A DNA stretch of 64,000 nt from Bacteroidales bacterium UBA4814 (lineage in GTDB: Bacteria; Bacteroidota; Bacteroidia; Bacteroidales; UBA7960), in the NCBI GenBank assembly GCA_002402465.1, contig DHFW01000049.1, forward strand, positions 148,541 to 212,540, given 5' to 3'. The translations under genes were made by a program, and so were the position numbers. A model generated the notes under the pieces. The model made no database searches, was not told the DNA's origin, and was given only the letters and a program-made list of their open reading frames with translations. Below, piece by piece: positions 44,705 through 54,930 of the stretch. Numbering within the stretch: the stretch's first letter is position 1; every line of letters starts with the position of its first letter.

Positions 44705-46276
44705 ATGGAAGACCCAATAAAAGAATCCGCAGCAATAAAAAAAATCGACGCCCTTATTTTTGACCTTGATGGGGTGATAACCCAAACCCGCAAAACCCAC
44801 AAAAAGGCATGGAAAGAAATGTTCGGCCAGTTTTTCGATAAGCAGTATCCTGATCAGGCACCCTTGTCGGAAGAAGATTATCAGCAATTTATTGATGGCA
44901 AACCCCGCTACCAGGGCGTGAAGAGCTTTCTCGCCTCCAGAGGTATAGCGTTGCCTTTCGGCGATGCAGATGATGCGCCCGGTTTTGAAACTATTTGCGC
45001 ATTGGGAAATATTAAAAATCAGGTTTTCAATGAGATCGTTGACCGCGACGGGGTGGAGCTTTACCAGGATACCCTGCAGTGGCTTAAAAAGTGGAAAGAC
45101 AAGGGCCTGAAAACCGCCATAGTTTCTTCGAGCAAAAACTGCAAAAAAATTATTGAGGCTGCTGGCATAGAAGCCCTTTTCGATACACGGGTTGACGGCT
45201 TGGTTTCGGAAGAAGCAGGCCTGAAAGGCAAACCCGATCCTGATATCTTTACCGAAGCCGCCAAACGGTTGGAAGCCCGTCCTGAAAAATCGGTGGTATT
45301 TGAAGATGCCATTTCAGGTGTGCAAGCCGGGCAAAGTGGTTTCTTTGGCCTGGTGGTGGGAGTAAATCGCTTCGACAATCGTGAGGCTTTGCTTGAAAAC
45401 GGGGCCGATATCTGCATTGAACATTTCTCTGAGCTTGATCTTGAAAGCCCGGAACTGCTTGAGGATTATTTCTCGCAGCAAGGCAAACCCATTTTCCCGG
45501 GGAACCGGGAAATTTTTGAAATTTTTGAAAAAAGAAAACCGGCTATATTTCTCGATTATGATGGCACCCTTACACCCATTGTGCCCCGGCCCGAAGATGC
45601 CGTTCTTTCTGATAAGATGAAAGACACGCTTCGTGAACTTGCCAGGGTCTTTACCGTGGCGGTGGTTACCGGACGCGACAAGGAAGATGTGGAGAACCTG
45701 GTGGGCCTCGAAGAGATTATCTATGCCGGTAGTCACGGGTATATAATCAGCGGTCCCGGTGGGCTGTCGATGGAGCACCCCGACTCGAAAAAGATCATCC
45801 CAAAACTTGATGAGATCGAGGCCGAGCTGAAGGAACTGCTGGAGAAAAAGACCAAAGGGACACAGCTCGATCGCAAGCGCTACGCAATTGGCATTCATTA
45901 TCGCAATGCACGGCCTGAGGATGAAGTGGTTGTGCAAAAAATTGCCAGGCAAATGCTGGATAAATATCCCGGACATAAAATAGGTGAAGGCAAAAAAATT
46001 GTAGAGATCAAACCCGATCTCGACTGGCACAAAGGCAAAGCCGTGGAGTGGATTCTTGATGCCCTTGAACTTTCAGGAAAAAAGGAAATCATCCCCGTGT
46101 TTATTGGCGATGACATTACCGATGAGGATGCCTTTGAAACCCTTAAAGACAAAGGCATCGGAATTCTTGTTGGGGGTCACGGTCAGAAAACCCACGCTAA
46201 ATATGCCCTGAAAAACGTGTTTCAGGTGAGGATATTTTTTGAAAAGCTGATTAAAATATATGTAAACCGGCCATAA
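44705..46276 (+). CDS. Fusion of a beta-phosphoglucomutase-like HAD-IA domain and a trehalose-6-phosphate phosphatase (OtsB-like) domain
   Basis: The N-half has LIFDLDGVITQT...KGKPDPDIF...FEDAISGVQAG. The C-half has IFLDYDGTLTPIV...VVTGRDKEDV...GSHG...FIGDDITDEDAF. Confidence 0.8.
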   Translation: MEDPIKESAAIKKIDALIFDLDGVITQTRKTHKKAWKEMFGQFFDKQYPDQAPLSEEDYQQFIDGKPRYQGVKSFLASRGIALPFGDADDAPGFETICALGNIKNQVFNEIVDRDGVELYQDTLQWLKKWKDKGLKTAIVSSSKNCKKIIEAAGIEALFDTRVDGLVSEEAGLKGKPDPDIFTEAAKRLEARPEKSVVFEDAISGVQAGQSGFFGLVVGVNRFDNREALLENGADICIEHFSELDLESPELLEDYFSQQGKPIFPGNREIFEIFEKRKPAIFLDYDGTLTPIVPRPEDAVLSDKMKDTLRELARVFTVAVVTGRDKEDVENLVGLEEIIYAGSHGYIISGPGGLSMEHPDSKKIIPKLDEIEAELKELLEKKTKGTQLDRKRYAIGIHYRNARPEDEVVVQKIARQMLDKYPGHKIGEGKKIVEIKPDLDWHKGKAVEWILDALELSGKKEIIPVFIGDDITDEDAFETLKDKGIGILVGGHGQKTHAKYALKNVFQVRIFFEKLIKIYVNRP

Positions 46277-46297
46277 GAGGCAGAAAGGAATTTTTAA

Positions 46298-48721
46298 ATG
46301 ACAAACGACTGGAAATTAGTTTATAATGGTTTCAATAAGGAAGAGCATCCGCTTCAGGAAGCCCTTTGCTCGCTGGGCAACGGTTACTTTGTGACCCGCG
46401 GTGCCCTGGAAATGGAGCGGAATAAGATTAAGGATAAGGTTGAGGGAAAGGAGTGGAATTATCCTGGAACTTATTTGGCAGGAGGCTACAACCGCCTCAA
46501 ATCTGCCGTTCAGGATAAAGTGATTGAAAACGAAGACCTGGTGAACTGGCCTAACTGGCTTTATTTGACCTTCAGAATTGATGGAGGCGAATGGTTTGAC
46601 CTTGAGCAGGTGGAAATTCTGGAGTATGAAACCAAGCTTCACCTTAAGCAGGGCATCCTGGAGCGTAACATACGCTTTCGCGATAAGCAGGACAGGGAGA
46701 CCACCCTTAATAGCCGAAGGTTAGTGAGCATGGACAATTACCATCTGGCGGCATTGCAATGGCATTTTACTCCTGAGAATTGGAGTGGGCAACTGACTGT
46801 CCGCTCGGGTATTGATGGCCACATCATTAACAACAACGTGGAGCGCTACGCCGACCTCAACCAAGATCATATTGAAGTGCTCGAAAAAGGGACGATTGAT
46901 CAGAACAGTATTTTCCTGGTGAGCCGCAGCCGGCAGTCGAATATTGTGGTTGCTCAGGCTGCACTAACAAGGATATTTAAACAACGGGAGCAAATGGAGT
47001 TGAAACAGAGGGCAGTAGAGGATACTGACTTTATTGCCGGTGAATTTTCGGTTCAGTGCAATCAGGGCGAAACTCTTGTTATTGAAAAAACCAGCGCTTT
47101 TTATACTTCTCGCGATTTTGCCCTCAGCGACCCCCTCAATGAAGCACGGAACCAGATAACGCGTATGCCTGCTTTTGCGGTTCTTGAAAAGAACCACAAA
47201 ATGGTTTGGGAACAATTGTGGCACTTTAACGACATTGGTATTAAAACCAGCAATGGGTTGGATCAGCTGGTATTGCGGCTGCACATTTTTCATTTGTACC
47301 AAACGGTTTCTTACAACAGCATCGACTACGACATTGGCATCCCGGCCCGCGGCTGGCATGGCGAGGCTTATCGTGGGCATATTTTCTGGGATGAACTTTA
47401 CATATTGCCTTTTATAAACTTGCATTATCCACAACTTTCACGCTCACTTTTGATGTATCGTTACCGGCGCCTGCCCGAAGCCCGCTATGCGGCCAAAGAA
47501 GCTGGCTTTCGCGGAGCCATGTTCCCCTGGCAAAGTGGCAGCAACGGCAGGGAGGAAACCCAAAAAGTGCACCTGAACCCTGAGTCAGGGCGCTGGCTGC
47601 CCGATGTGTCCCATTTACAGTACCATATCAATGCAGCCATTCCATACAATGTTTGGCACTACTACCAAAGTACCGGCGATATGGATTTCCTGCTCTCGCA
47701 CGGTGCCGAAATTATTCTTTCCACAGCCCTGTTCTGGTCGTCGGTTACTCATTTCAACAAGGAACGTGGAAGGTATGAGATTCATGGTGTGATGGGACCT
47801 GACGAGTATCATACCCATTACCCTGGTGCCGAAAAGCCCGGCCTGAACAACAACGCATACACCAACATTATGGCGGTGTGGGTTATTCAGCACGCACTGG
47901 ATATGCTCGAATTGCTGGATGAAACGTGCTGCAGAAACCTGGAGAATACGGTGGGTTACACCCAGGAAGACATAAAAAAGTGGAAAGACATTACGAGAAA
48001 AATGTACGTGCCCTTCAACCAGGAGCAGATCATCCTGCAGTTCGAAGGTTATGAGAAGCTCAAAGAACTGGATTGGGAGCATTATTACGAAAAGTACAAC
48101 AGCAAATCCCTCAGGCTCGATCGCATACTGGAGGCCGAGGGTGATTCATGCAATCAATACAAGGCCAGTAAGCAGGCCGATGTGCTCATGCTGTTCTATC
48201 TTTTTTCCAGGGAAGAGATTACAGCGATATTCAAAAAGCTGGGATATGATTTTGATCCGGAGAGCATTCCTAAGAATATTGAATATTACCGCAAGCGCAC
48301 CGCACATGGATCCACCCTTAGCCAGGTGATTCATGCCTGGGTGTATGCCCGCTCGCACCGCAACGAGTCGTGGAAGCGCTTTCGCGAAGCCCTGATGAGC
48401 GATTTCAGGGATGTGCAGGGTGGCACCACCCACGAAGGCATTCACCTGGGTGCTATGGCAGGCACCCTCGACCTGATTCAGCGCTGCTACACCGGACTGG
48501 AGATACGCGACGATGTGCTGTGGTTTAACCCAAGACTCCCTGACTATATGGAGTCGGTGAGCTTTCACCTGCGCTACCGAAGCCACTGGATGAAGCTTCA
48601 CATCAATCACCAAAAATTAAGCATTACCTTCGATAAGGGCTGGGCTGAGCCAATTACCATTGCGGTGAGGGGCAAATCGCACCTGTTCAGATCAAACGAC
48701 CACAAAGAGTTAGCATTATAA
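46298..48721 (+). CDS. Glycoside hydrolase family 65 disaccharide phosphorylase (maltose/trehalose/kojibiose phosphorylase type)
   Basis: 807 aa. N-terminal beta-sandwich, (alpha/alpha)6 core blocks GEAYRGHIFWDELY, FPWQSGSNGREETQ, KQADVLML and HEGIHLGAMAG. Confidence 0.88.
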   Translation: MTNDWKLVYNGFNKEEHPLQEALCSLGNGYFVTRGALEMERNKIKDKVEGKEWNYPGTYLAGGYNRLKSAVQDKVIENEDLVNWPNWLYLTFRIDGGEWFDLEQVEILEYETKLHLKQGILERNIRFRDKQDRETTLNSRRLVSMDNYHLAALQWHFTPENWSGQLTVRSGIDGHIINNNVERYADLNQDHIEVLEKGTIDQNSIFLVSRSRQSNIVVAQAALTRIFKQREQMELKQRAVEDTDFIAGEFSVQCNQGETLVIEKTSAFYTSRDFALSDPLNEARNQITRMPAFAVLEKNHKMVWEQLWHFNDIGIKTSNGLDQLVLRLHIFHLYQTVSYNSIDYDIGIPARGWHGEAYRGHIFWDELYILPFINLHYPQLSRSLLMYRYRRLPEARYAAKEAGFRGAMFPWQSGSNGREETQKVHLNPESGRWLPDVSHLQYHINAAIPYNVWHYYQSTGDMDFLLSHGAEIILSTALFWSSVTHFNKERGRYEIHGVMGPDEYHTHYPGAEKPGLNNNAYTNIMAVWVIQHALDMLELLDETCCRNLENTVGYTQEDIKKWKDITRKMYVPFNQEQIILQFEGYEKLKELDWEHYYEKYNSKSLRLDRILEAEGDSCNQYKASKQADVLMLFYLFSREEITAIFKKLGYDFDPESIPKNIEYYRKRTAHGSTLSQVIHAWVYARSHRNESWKRFREALMSDFRDVQGGTTHEGIHLGAMAGTLDLIQRCYTGLEIRDDVLWFNPRLPDYMESVSFHLRYRSHWMKLHINHQKLSITFDKGWAEPITIAVRGKSHLFRSNDHKELAL

Positions 48722-48732
48722 AAAACATTGAC

Positions 48733-50925
48733 ATGAGATTATTGATCGTTTCGAACCGTTTACCGGTTTCCGTGAGCCGCAAAAACGGGGAGTTTCATTA
48801 CGAGAAAAGTGCTGGCGGCCTGGTTTCCGGCCTGAGTGATTTTTTAAATGGACTGGGAAAAGATCAGGCCGACATCGACGATTACATCTGGATGGGATGG
48901 CCCGGAATGACCATTGAAAAAGAAAACCAGGAACACATCCGCGCCACCGTAGAGAAAAAGTACAAGGCTTCGCCGGTTTTTCTTTCGCAAAAGCTTATGG
49001 ATAAAGTTTACCTGGGTTTTTGCAATAAAACCATATGGCCGCTGTTTCATTATTTTCCCAATTATGCCAGCTTTGAAAACGAATTCTGGGATGAGTACAT
49101 TAAATCCAACAAGATATTCAGGGATGAAATTCTGAAAGTGCTCAAACCCGATGATATTGTTTGGGTGCACGACTATCATCTTATGCTTTTGCCGGCCATG
49201 CTCAGGGAAAAGGTCAGCAACCCCATAGGTTTTTTCCTGCATATCCCGTTTCCCGAATTTGAGATGTACCGCCTCTTCCCCAAAGAGAGCCGCTCCGAGA
49301 TATTGAGCGGTTTGCTGGGTTCTGACCTGATTGGTTTCCATACCCACGACTATACGCAGTATTTTTTGCGCTCGGTTTTGCGCATACTGGGGCTCGAAAA
49401 CCATATGGGAACCATCGACCTGCCCGACAGGGTGGTAAAAGTGGCTACCTTCCCCATGGGGATTGAATTCGATAAGTTTCACCAGATGGATGTGTCGCCA
49501 TTCCCTTCTGAGAAACCGGGTCCCGACCAACCAAAAGTGGTGCTTTCGGTTGACCGGCTCGACTATTCCAAGGGGATTGAGAATCGCCTGCTGGGCTTTG
49601 AGTTATTTTTGAAAAAACACCCCGAATGGCATGGAAAAGTATTTCTGAACATGATTGTGGTACCTTCGCGCACTGGGGTTACTTCCTATCAAAAGATAAA
49701 GCGCCGGCTCGATGAGTTGGTGGGCAATATCAACGGCAACTTTGGAAACGTGAACTGGACACCCATCATATACCAGTTTACCAGTTTGCCGCACAAGGAA
49801 CTCATTGCCCAGTACCGCATGAGTGCCGTATCGCTCATAACCCCCCTGCGCGATGGCATGAACCTGGTGGCCAAGGAGTATATTGCCTCTTTGTGCGACA
49901 AGCGCGGCGTGCTGGTACTCAGTGAGTTTACGGGAGCTGCCAAGGAGCTGGGCGAAAGCATCACCATCAATCCAAATAATATTAATGAAATTGCCGATGG
50001 TATTTATGAGGCCCTCAATATTCCGGATGACGAGCAAATTCGCCGTAATAATATTATGCAAAAGCGGCTGAAACGCTACAATGTTTCCAAGTGGGTCAAT
50101 GATTTTACCGAAAGCCTGCTGAACATCAGTAAAATTTCGAATTACACGGCCAAAGCCAAATTGCTGAAACCCGATCTGCGCGAAGCCTTGCTGAAGAATT
50201 ACCAGGAAGCTGTTCACCGCCTTATTATCGTAAACTATGATGGTACGCTGGTGCCATTTTACGATAATCCCTCCAGGGCCAAACCCGCCCCGGAACTGCT
50301 CAGTATGCTGGCTAATCTGAACACCAACGAAAAAACCGATATGGTTATTATTAGCGGACGCGGAAAGGATGACCTCGATGCATGGCTGGGTGAAACCCCC
50401 GTAAACCTGACCGCCGAACATGGATGCTGGATACGTGAAGCCCGCCAAAGGGATTGGAAACTCTTTAAGCCCCTGTCAAATGAGTGGAAGCAGGAGGTGC
50501 AGCCCATACTCGAAATGTATACCGACCGCCTGCCAGGCGCCTACATTACTGAGCGCGACTACTCCATTTCATGGTATTATCACAAGGCCGATATAGAGCA
50601 ATCGGCATTCCTCTCAAAGGAGGTGAGCGATCATTTGCTTTCTATCACCACAAATATCGGGGTGCAGGTACTTTCGGGGCATAAGGTGATTGAAGTAAGC
50701 AATTCGGGCATCAACAAAGGCGAGCTGGCCATGCATTGGCTTTCGGGAAAGCCATATGATTTTGTGATGGCCATCGGGGCTGGCTGGTCGGATGAATTGT
50801 TGTTTCAAACTTTGCCCGAACATGCCTGGTCCATTAGGGTTGGTATGCTGATGACGGATGCCAACTTTGTGCTCAAGAGGCAGGAAGATGCCCTGGAACT
50901 GCTAAGAATGCTGGAGAAGCACTAA
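48733..50925 (+). CDS. otsA: Bifunctional trehalose-6-phosphate synthase (GT20) / trehalose-6-phosphate phosphatase
   Basis: N-half: [13 protein letters not shown]...GGLVSGL...[12 protein letters not shown]...[11 protein letters not shown]-half: [13 protein letters not shown]...ISGRGKDDL. Confidence 0.9.
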   Translation: MRLLIVSNRLPVSVSRKNGEFHYEKSAGGLVSGLSDFLNGLGKDQADIDDYIWMGWPGMTIEKENQEHIRATVEKKYKASPVFLSQKLMDKVYLGFCNKTIWPLFHYFPNYASFENEFWDEYIKSNKIFRDEILKVLKPDDIVWVHDYHLMLLPAMLREKVSNPIGFFLHIPFPEFEMYRLFPKESRSEILSGLLGSDLIGFHTHDYTQYFLRSVLRILGLENHMGTIDLPDRVVKVATFPMGIEFDKFHQMDVSPFPSEKPGPDQPKVVLSVDRLDYSKGIENRLLGFELFLKKHPEWHGKVFLNMIVVPSRTGVTSYQKIKRRLDELVGNINGNFGNVNWTPIIYQFTSLPHKELIAQYRMSAVSLITPLRDGMNLVAKEYIASLCDKRGVLVLSEFTGAAKELGESITINPNNINEIADGIYEALNIPDDEQIRRNNIMQKRLKRYNVSKWVNDFTESLLNISKISNYTAKAKLLKPDLREALLKNYQEAVHRLIIVNYDGTLVPFYDNPSRAKPAPELLSMLANLNTNEKTDMVIISGRGKDDLDAWLGETPVNLTAEHGCWIREARQRDWKLFKPLSNEWKQEVQPILEMYTDRLPGAYITERDYSISWYYHKADIEQSAFLSKEVSDHLLSITTNIGVQVLSGHKVIEVSNSGINKGELAMHWLSGKPYDFVMAIGAGWSDELLFQTLPEHAWSIRVGMLMTDANFVLKRQEDALELLRMLEKH

Positions 50926-50936
50926 CCGCCGGGATT

Positions 50937-51857
50937 TTATTTTTGGCGTGCTTCGGGAAGTACAACCCGTGTTCTTGGCAGGCTCTGCGGGTATTCGCGC
51001 TGGATAAATTCGATCAACTTTTCCCTCACGTAAACCCTGAGGTCCCAGGCCTGCGGGCTGGTGGCAGCGCTCATCAGGGCACGTATCTCAATGGTGTTTT
51101 CGCGCGCATCAGTAACCTGCAGCACATTTACCTTTCCGTCCCACAAAGGAGTGGCTTCGAGCAGGCGGGTCAGCTCTTTGCGCAGGGGTTCAAAAGGCAT
51201 GGTGTAATCGGTATAAATAAAAACCGACCCCAGGATATCTGCTGAGGTTCTGGTCCAGTTCTGGAAAGGCTTTTCCAGGAAATAAGTGGTCGGTACCACC
51301 AGCCTTCGCTTATCCCAGAGCCTTATCACCACATAGGTCAGGTTAATTTCTTCAATCCATCCCCATTCGTTTTCCACAATAACCACATCATCAAGGCGAA
51401 TAGGCTGCGTAATGGCAATCTGCAATCCGGCCAGGATGGTACCCAGGGCTTTTTGTGCCGACAAACCCAATATGATACCTGCCACCCCTGCCGAAGCAAA
51501 CAAGCTGATTCCGATATTTCGCACCCCATCAAACAACATCAGGGCAACCGCGGTTGCAATAACTATAATTATAAATATCAGAATCTTTTCAAGGATATTG
51601 TACTGGGTATGCACCTTACGCATTTTCAGGTTGTCCGCCTGGCTGATGTCGTAATTTTTAAGCAGCTGGTTTTTTAAGATTCGGATAATAGCAATTATTG
51701 TCAGGGTGATGCTCAAAATAAAGAGCACCTCACCCGTTTTTTTTAGCCCGGCGATCAACTCCTCCTGGGTGATACCAATTGGTTCAATTCCATATTGAAG
51801 GAAAAAAGCGAGAAATAGAATAAAAGCAGGGGCAATAAATCTTCCAAAAATCTTCAT
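50937..51857 (-). CDS. MscS-family mechanosensitive channel
   Basis: Three N-terminal TM helices and the beta-domain block ITQPIRLDDVVIVENEWGWIEEINLTYVVIRLWDKRRLVVP. Confidence 0.85.
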   Translation of the reverse strand: MKIFGRFIAPAFILFLAFFLQYGIEPIGITQEELIAGLKKTGEVLFILSITLTIIAIIRILKNQLLKNYDISQADNLKMRKVHTQYNILEKILIFIIIVIATAVALMLFDGVRNIGISLFASAGVAGIILGLSAQKALGTILAGLQIAITQPIRLDDVVIVENEWGWIEEINLTYVVIRLWDKRRLVVPTTYFLEKPFQNWTRTSADILGSVFIYTDYTMPFEPLRKELTRLLEATPLWDGKVNVLQVTDARENTIEIRALMSAATSPQAWDLRVYVREKLIEFIQREYPQSLPRTRVVLPEARQK

Positions 51858-51960
51858 TTAAAATGCTTTAATGAAACCTTAAGCCGTTAAGCGGCACCAA
51901 TGGCTGCCTGTAAAACAAATAAAAGGTGGGGAGGTTCAAAAGGCATATTTCCATTATCAG

Positions 51961-52051
51961 CCACAAAGGCTCAAAACCTCAAAGGTCCACAAGCGTTAAA
52001 AAACAATTAAATAATTCTTTGTGAATTCTTAGCGCCTTCGTGGCTTGGTGG
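51961..52051. repeat. Dyad cluster of CAC(A/G)AAGG-like octamers around an AT-rich centre
   Basis: The left arm is CCACAAAGGCTCAAAACCTCAAAGGTCCACAAGC. The reverse complement of the right arm is CCACCAAGCCACGAAGGCGCTAAGAATTCACAAAGA. The word content is shared but the symmetry is imperfect. Confidence 0.6.
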
Positions 52052-52053
52052 TA

Positions 52054-52086
52054 AAAAAAAAGGACTTTTGAGTCTACCTTTTTTGT
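52054..52086 (-). terminator. Dipeptidase terminator (A/T-flanked hairpin)
   Basis: On the minus strand: AAAAAAGGTAGAC-tcaaaa-GTCCTTTTTTTTT directly after the stop at 52095. Confidence 0.6.
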
Positions 52087-52094
52087 GTCAGCAA

Positions 52095-53330
52095 TTACCG
52101 TTTTCCTGCGATTTTTTCGTTTTCTCTGAATACCCGCATGAAGTTTCCGGCCCAGATTTTTTCGATGTCTTTTTTGCTGTAACCCCGGCGCACCAGTTCC
52201 AGGGTAATATTACCCATTTCGGTCACATCGTAGCAGTCTTCCAAAGCCCCCCCGCCATCGAAGTCGGTTCCAATGCCCACGTAATCGATACCAATCAGAT
52301 TTACGATATGGTCGATATGGTCAACCAGGTCGGAAACCGTGGCCATTGGTGCGGGGAACAGCCCATTGAGTTCATCCCATTGCCGGCGCACCTCTTCCAT
52401 TTCTTCATCGGAAAGATCTTCAAAGTTATTGTAACGCTGGCGCAGATCGGCAAAAGCGGAATCGCGCTCGGGGTATGGCGGCATTTCCTTTACATAGCTG
52501 CTAAGCACACACATTTGAATGACGCCTCCATTGGCTGCCAAGGCCTTAAGCATGTCGTCATCGAGGTTGCGGGGGCTGTCGCAAATGGTACGTGCATTGG
52601 AGTGCGAGGCGATAATGGGCGCTTTGGTCACTTCCAGCACATCGTAAAAGGCTTTATCGGAAATGTGGCTCACATCTACCATCATACCCAGGCGGTTCAT
52701 TTCGCGCACCACTTCACGGCCGAAGTCCGACAAGCCATCATGCAAAGGGCCGTCAGGGTCGGTCGATGAGTCGCAAACCTGGTTGTTGCGGGTGTGCGAA
52801 AGGGTAATATAGCGGGCCCCCATATCGTAAAATGCCTCCACCATCGAAAGGTCTTCGCCCAGCGGGTAGGCGTTTTCCAGCCCGATGTAAATGGCCCGTT
52901 TCCCTTCTTCTTTCAGTCGGTATGCGTCTTCGGGTGTCAGGGCAATTTCGGCCAATTCAGGATGTGCTTCAATTTGGGAGTGGATCATGTCGAAAATTTC
53001 GATGGCCTGCCTTTTAACCACCTCGTATGACTCGTGATTCATTGCTCCCTGTCCCAGAAAAACGGCGAAGAAAGCCGCATCCAGCCCGCCTTCTTCCATG
53101 CGTGGGAGGTCTATCTTGCCGCCCTGCTCGCGGGAGTCATGACGCTGGCTGATGTCGAAACCACTACGCATCATTCGCAAGGGTGTGTCGGTATGGCTGT
53201 CAAGCGTAAGCACCTGCCGGTGAATCTTTTCGGCCTTCTGCCGGAGCTTTTCTTCGCTGGGGGTGCAAGATGTGTTAATTAACATTGCAGATAAAGCAAT
53301 AATAAGGGAAAGGAGGATAAATCGTTTCAT
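52095..53330 (-). CDS. Membrane dipeptidase (peptidase family M19), lipoprotein
   Basis: LDSHTDTP...GGLDAAFF...ITLSHTRNN...VDVSHISD...ASHSNAR...IGTDFDGG motifs. The ATG at 53330 (MKRFILLSL...NTSC) is preferred. Confidence 0.9.
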   Translation of the reverse strand: MKRFILLSLIIALSAMLINTSCTPSEEKLRQKAEKIHRQVLTLDSHTDTPLRMMRSGFDISQRHDSREQGGKIDLPRMEEGGLDAAFFAVFLGQGAMNHESYEVVKRQAIEIFDMIHSQIEAHPELAEIALTPEDAYRLKEEGKRAIYIGLENAYPLGEDLSMVEAFYDMGARYITLSHTRNNQVCDSSTDPDGPLHDGLSDFGREVVREMNRLGMMVDVSHISDKAFYDVLEVTKAPIIASHSNARTICDSPRNLDDDMLKALAANGGVIQMCVLSSYVKEMPPYPERDSAFADLRQRYNNFEDLSDEEMEEVRRQWDELNGLFPAPMATVSDLVDHIDHIVNLIGIDYVGIGTDFDGGGALEDCYDVTEMGNITLELVRRGYSKKDIEKIWAGNFMRVFRENEKIAGKR

Positions 53331-53534
53331 TACGGCTAAGTTTTTCAGGCCGTAAAAATAGGGATTTTTATTAAAGTTTGCGGTTCGGAGTTTAAAGTTC
53401 AAAGTTTATGGTTCAAGGATTGGTGTCCTGGCTCCCCCTTTGGATGGGGCTGGGGGGAGGTTCTTGATTTCTTTCAGTGAGCTCTCCGCTAGCTAGCGGA
53501 TCGGTTGCAGATTAACGATTTTAGATTTTAAAGT

Positions 53535-54107
53535 CTAGATCCTGCGTGTTGTTTTACTCCTAGTTAAAAATGGCCTGATTCTTCCCCAAAGGATTACAAG
53601 CACGAGTGCTAATACTGAAATCACAACCATAGTCCATTTAAGCATTCCGGCAGCAGATGCAATTCTGGCAACCACATCCATTTGCCTGGGAAAGGAGCCA
53701 AGCATGATGATAATTCCAGCATTTTCAATGAAATCGAAAACCAGTGCGGCAAATGGCAGTAAATTCAGGTACTGCCATTTCTGGCTTTTCAAAGGGATGC
53801 CATTCAGGAACCAGCTTATTGCCAATGCAAGCAGTCCGGCATAAACAAAAGGGTAAATGCTGTCGGCAACGGCGGTAGTTTTTATAGCTCCGCTGCGGCC
53901 GGCCGCGCCATAGTCTGAAATGATAGTATAGGCCTGCTCCGGGCTGAAGCCAAACATCAGGTCGAGCATTTGCTGGCCTTCTCCCGGACCAAATTGCCGC
54001 GTAAAAAACGGGAAAACCCAAAAGTTGAAAAAAAGTTGAAGTACCAGGAAAACCACAACCATTCTTTCGTTTGCCTTGCGGCTGATCCAATCTGAAAATC
54101 GCTTCAA
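53535..54107 (-). CDS. Integral membrane protein, function unknown (190 aa, about 5 TM)
   Basis: ORF with multiple hydrophobic helices. Tightly coupled (6 nt) to the upstream LolA-like gene. Confidence 0.55.
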   Translation of the reverse strand: MKRFSDWISRKANERMVVVFLVLQLFFNFWVFPFFTRQFGPGEGQQMLDLMFGFSPEQAYTIISDYGAAGRSGAIKTTAVADSIYPFVYAGLLALAISWFLNGIPLKSQKWQYLNLLPFAALVFDFIENAGIIIMLGSFPRQMDVVARIASAAGMLKWTMVVISVLALVLVILWGRIRPFLTRSKTTRRI

Positions 54108-54113
54108 CCTATC

Positions 54114-54848
54114 TTATTGTTTTAAAGCAGCCTTGCTGAAAATATGCTCAGGAATATCCTGGTTGAATTTTATGCTGGTCATGCGAAACTCCGTGCCGTC
54201 ACCTTGCTTAAGCATATCCTTGTAAAGGACCGTGGTAGGAAACCATCGGCCTTCGATCTGCTTCACATCGGTCAGGGTTGTTTGTTTGAGCAATTGTCCG
54301 CTTTTGGCAAAGAGCTCTTCACGCAGCGGGACAAACCTTTCGGAATCAATCCAGATCTTTCTTGAGTCGTAGGCAATATCGCTTACCGTAGCTTTGAGAA
54401 GCAAAACATAGGTGTTCCGGTCATCAATCATTTCGCGGCCAATGATCTCTGCCTTGTAAACGTCGGTAAGCTTGCGGTCTTCCATCATGTCCTCGTAAGA
54501 GAGGTCAGAACCCATAACCGATTGCCGCAGCATATGTCCGGAAATTTGAATGATACGGTCGGTGGAAGGGGAGTAGATCCAAAGCTGGTTTTCGAGCTTC
54601 AGCATTTTGGTGCCAGCTTCGCGCGCCGGCGACAGATACTCAGTGAAGGATTGCTTCTCGCCAACCGAATAGGAACGCGCAGTAATGGTGCGGCTTCCCC
54701 GCTGCCCGTGAATGGTCATGCTTGACTCCACAATCCGGTTCTCCGAGAATATGTTGCGGTCAACCTTTTCCAAAATTTCATTGGCAGTGGGCTGGGAAAA
54801 GCCAGTTAAAGTCAGTGTTAATAAAAAGAGAAATGAGGGGGTTTTCAT
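54114..54848 (-). CDS. Outer-membrane lipoprotein-sorting (LolA-like) protein
   Basis: Signal peptide. Blocks FTEYLSPAREAGTKMLKLENQLWIYSPSTDRIIQISGHMLRQSVMGSDLSYEDMME are typical of this family. Confidence 0.75.
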   Translation of the reverse strand: MKTPSFLFLLTLTLTGFSQPTANEILEKVDRNIFSENRIVESSMTIHGQRGSRTITARSYSVGEKQSFTEYLSPAREAGTKMLKLENQLWIYSPSTDRIIQISGHMLRQSVMGSDLSYEDMMEDRKLTDVYKAEIIGREMIDDRNTYVLLLKATVSDIAYDSRKIWIDSERFVPLREELFAKSGQLLKQTTLTDVKQIEGRWFPTTVLYKDMLKQGDGTEFRMTSIKFNQDIPEHIFSKAALKQ

Positions 54849-54861
54849 GATTCCTTTTTTT

Positions 54862-54903
54862 AGTCATCAGTCATCAGTCCTCAGTCCTCAGTCATCAGTG
54901 GTC
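54862..54903. repeat. Heptanucleotide tandem repeat (AGTCMTC) x6
   Basis: AGTCATC AGTCATC AGTCCTC AGTCCTC AGTCATC AGTGGTC, beginning 14 nt upstream of the LolA-like ATG, in its 5' leader. Confidence 0.85.
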
Positions 54904-54930
54904 AGAATAAGCCTCACATTCAGTATTCAT

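Noticed and set aside
53479-53539. A cluster of restriction-type palindromes as a possible cloning scar or engineered junction. It comprises SacI GAGCTC, two overlapping NheI sites within the 14-bp palindrome CCGCTAGCTAGCGG, and XbaI TCTAGA. There is also a NotI site at 44564-44571.
   Set aside because: The XbaI site overlaps a genuine stop codon. The flanking genes are intact, composition is continuous, and such hexamers are expected by chance in 64 kb. The 14-bp palindrome may simply be a small operator or hairpin.
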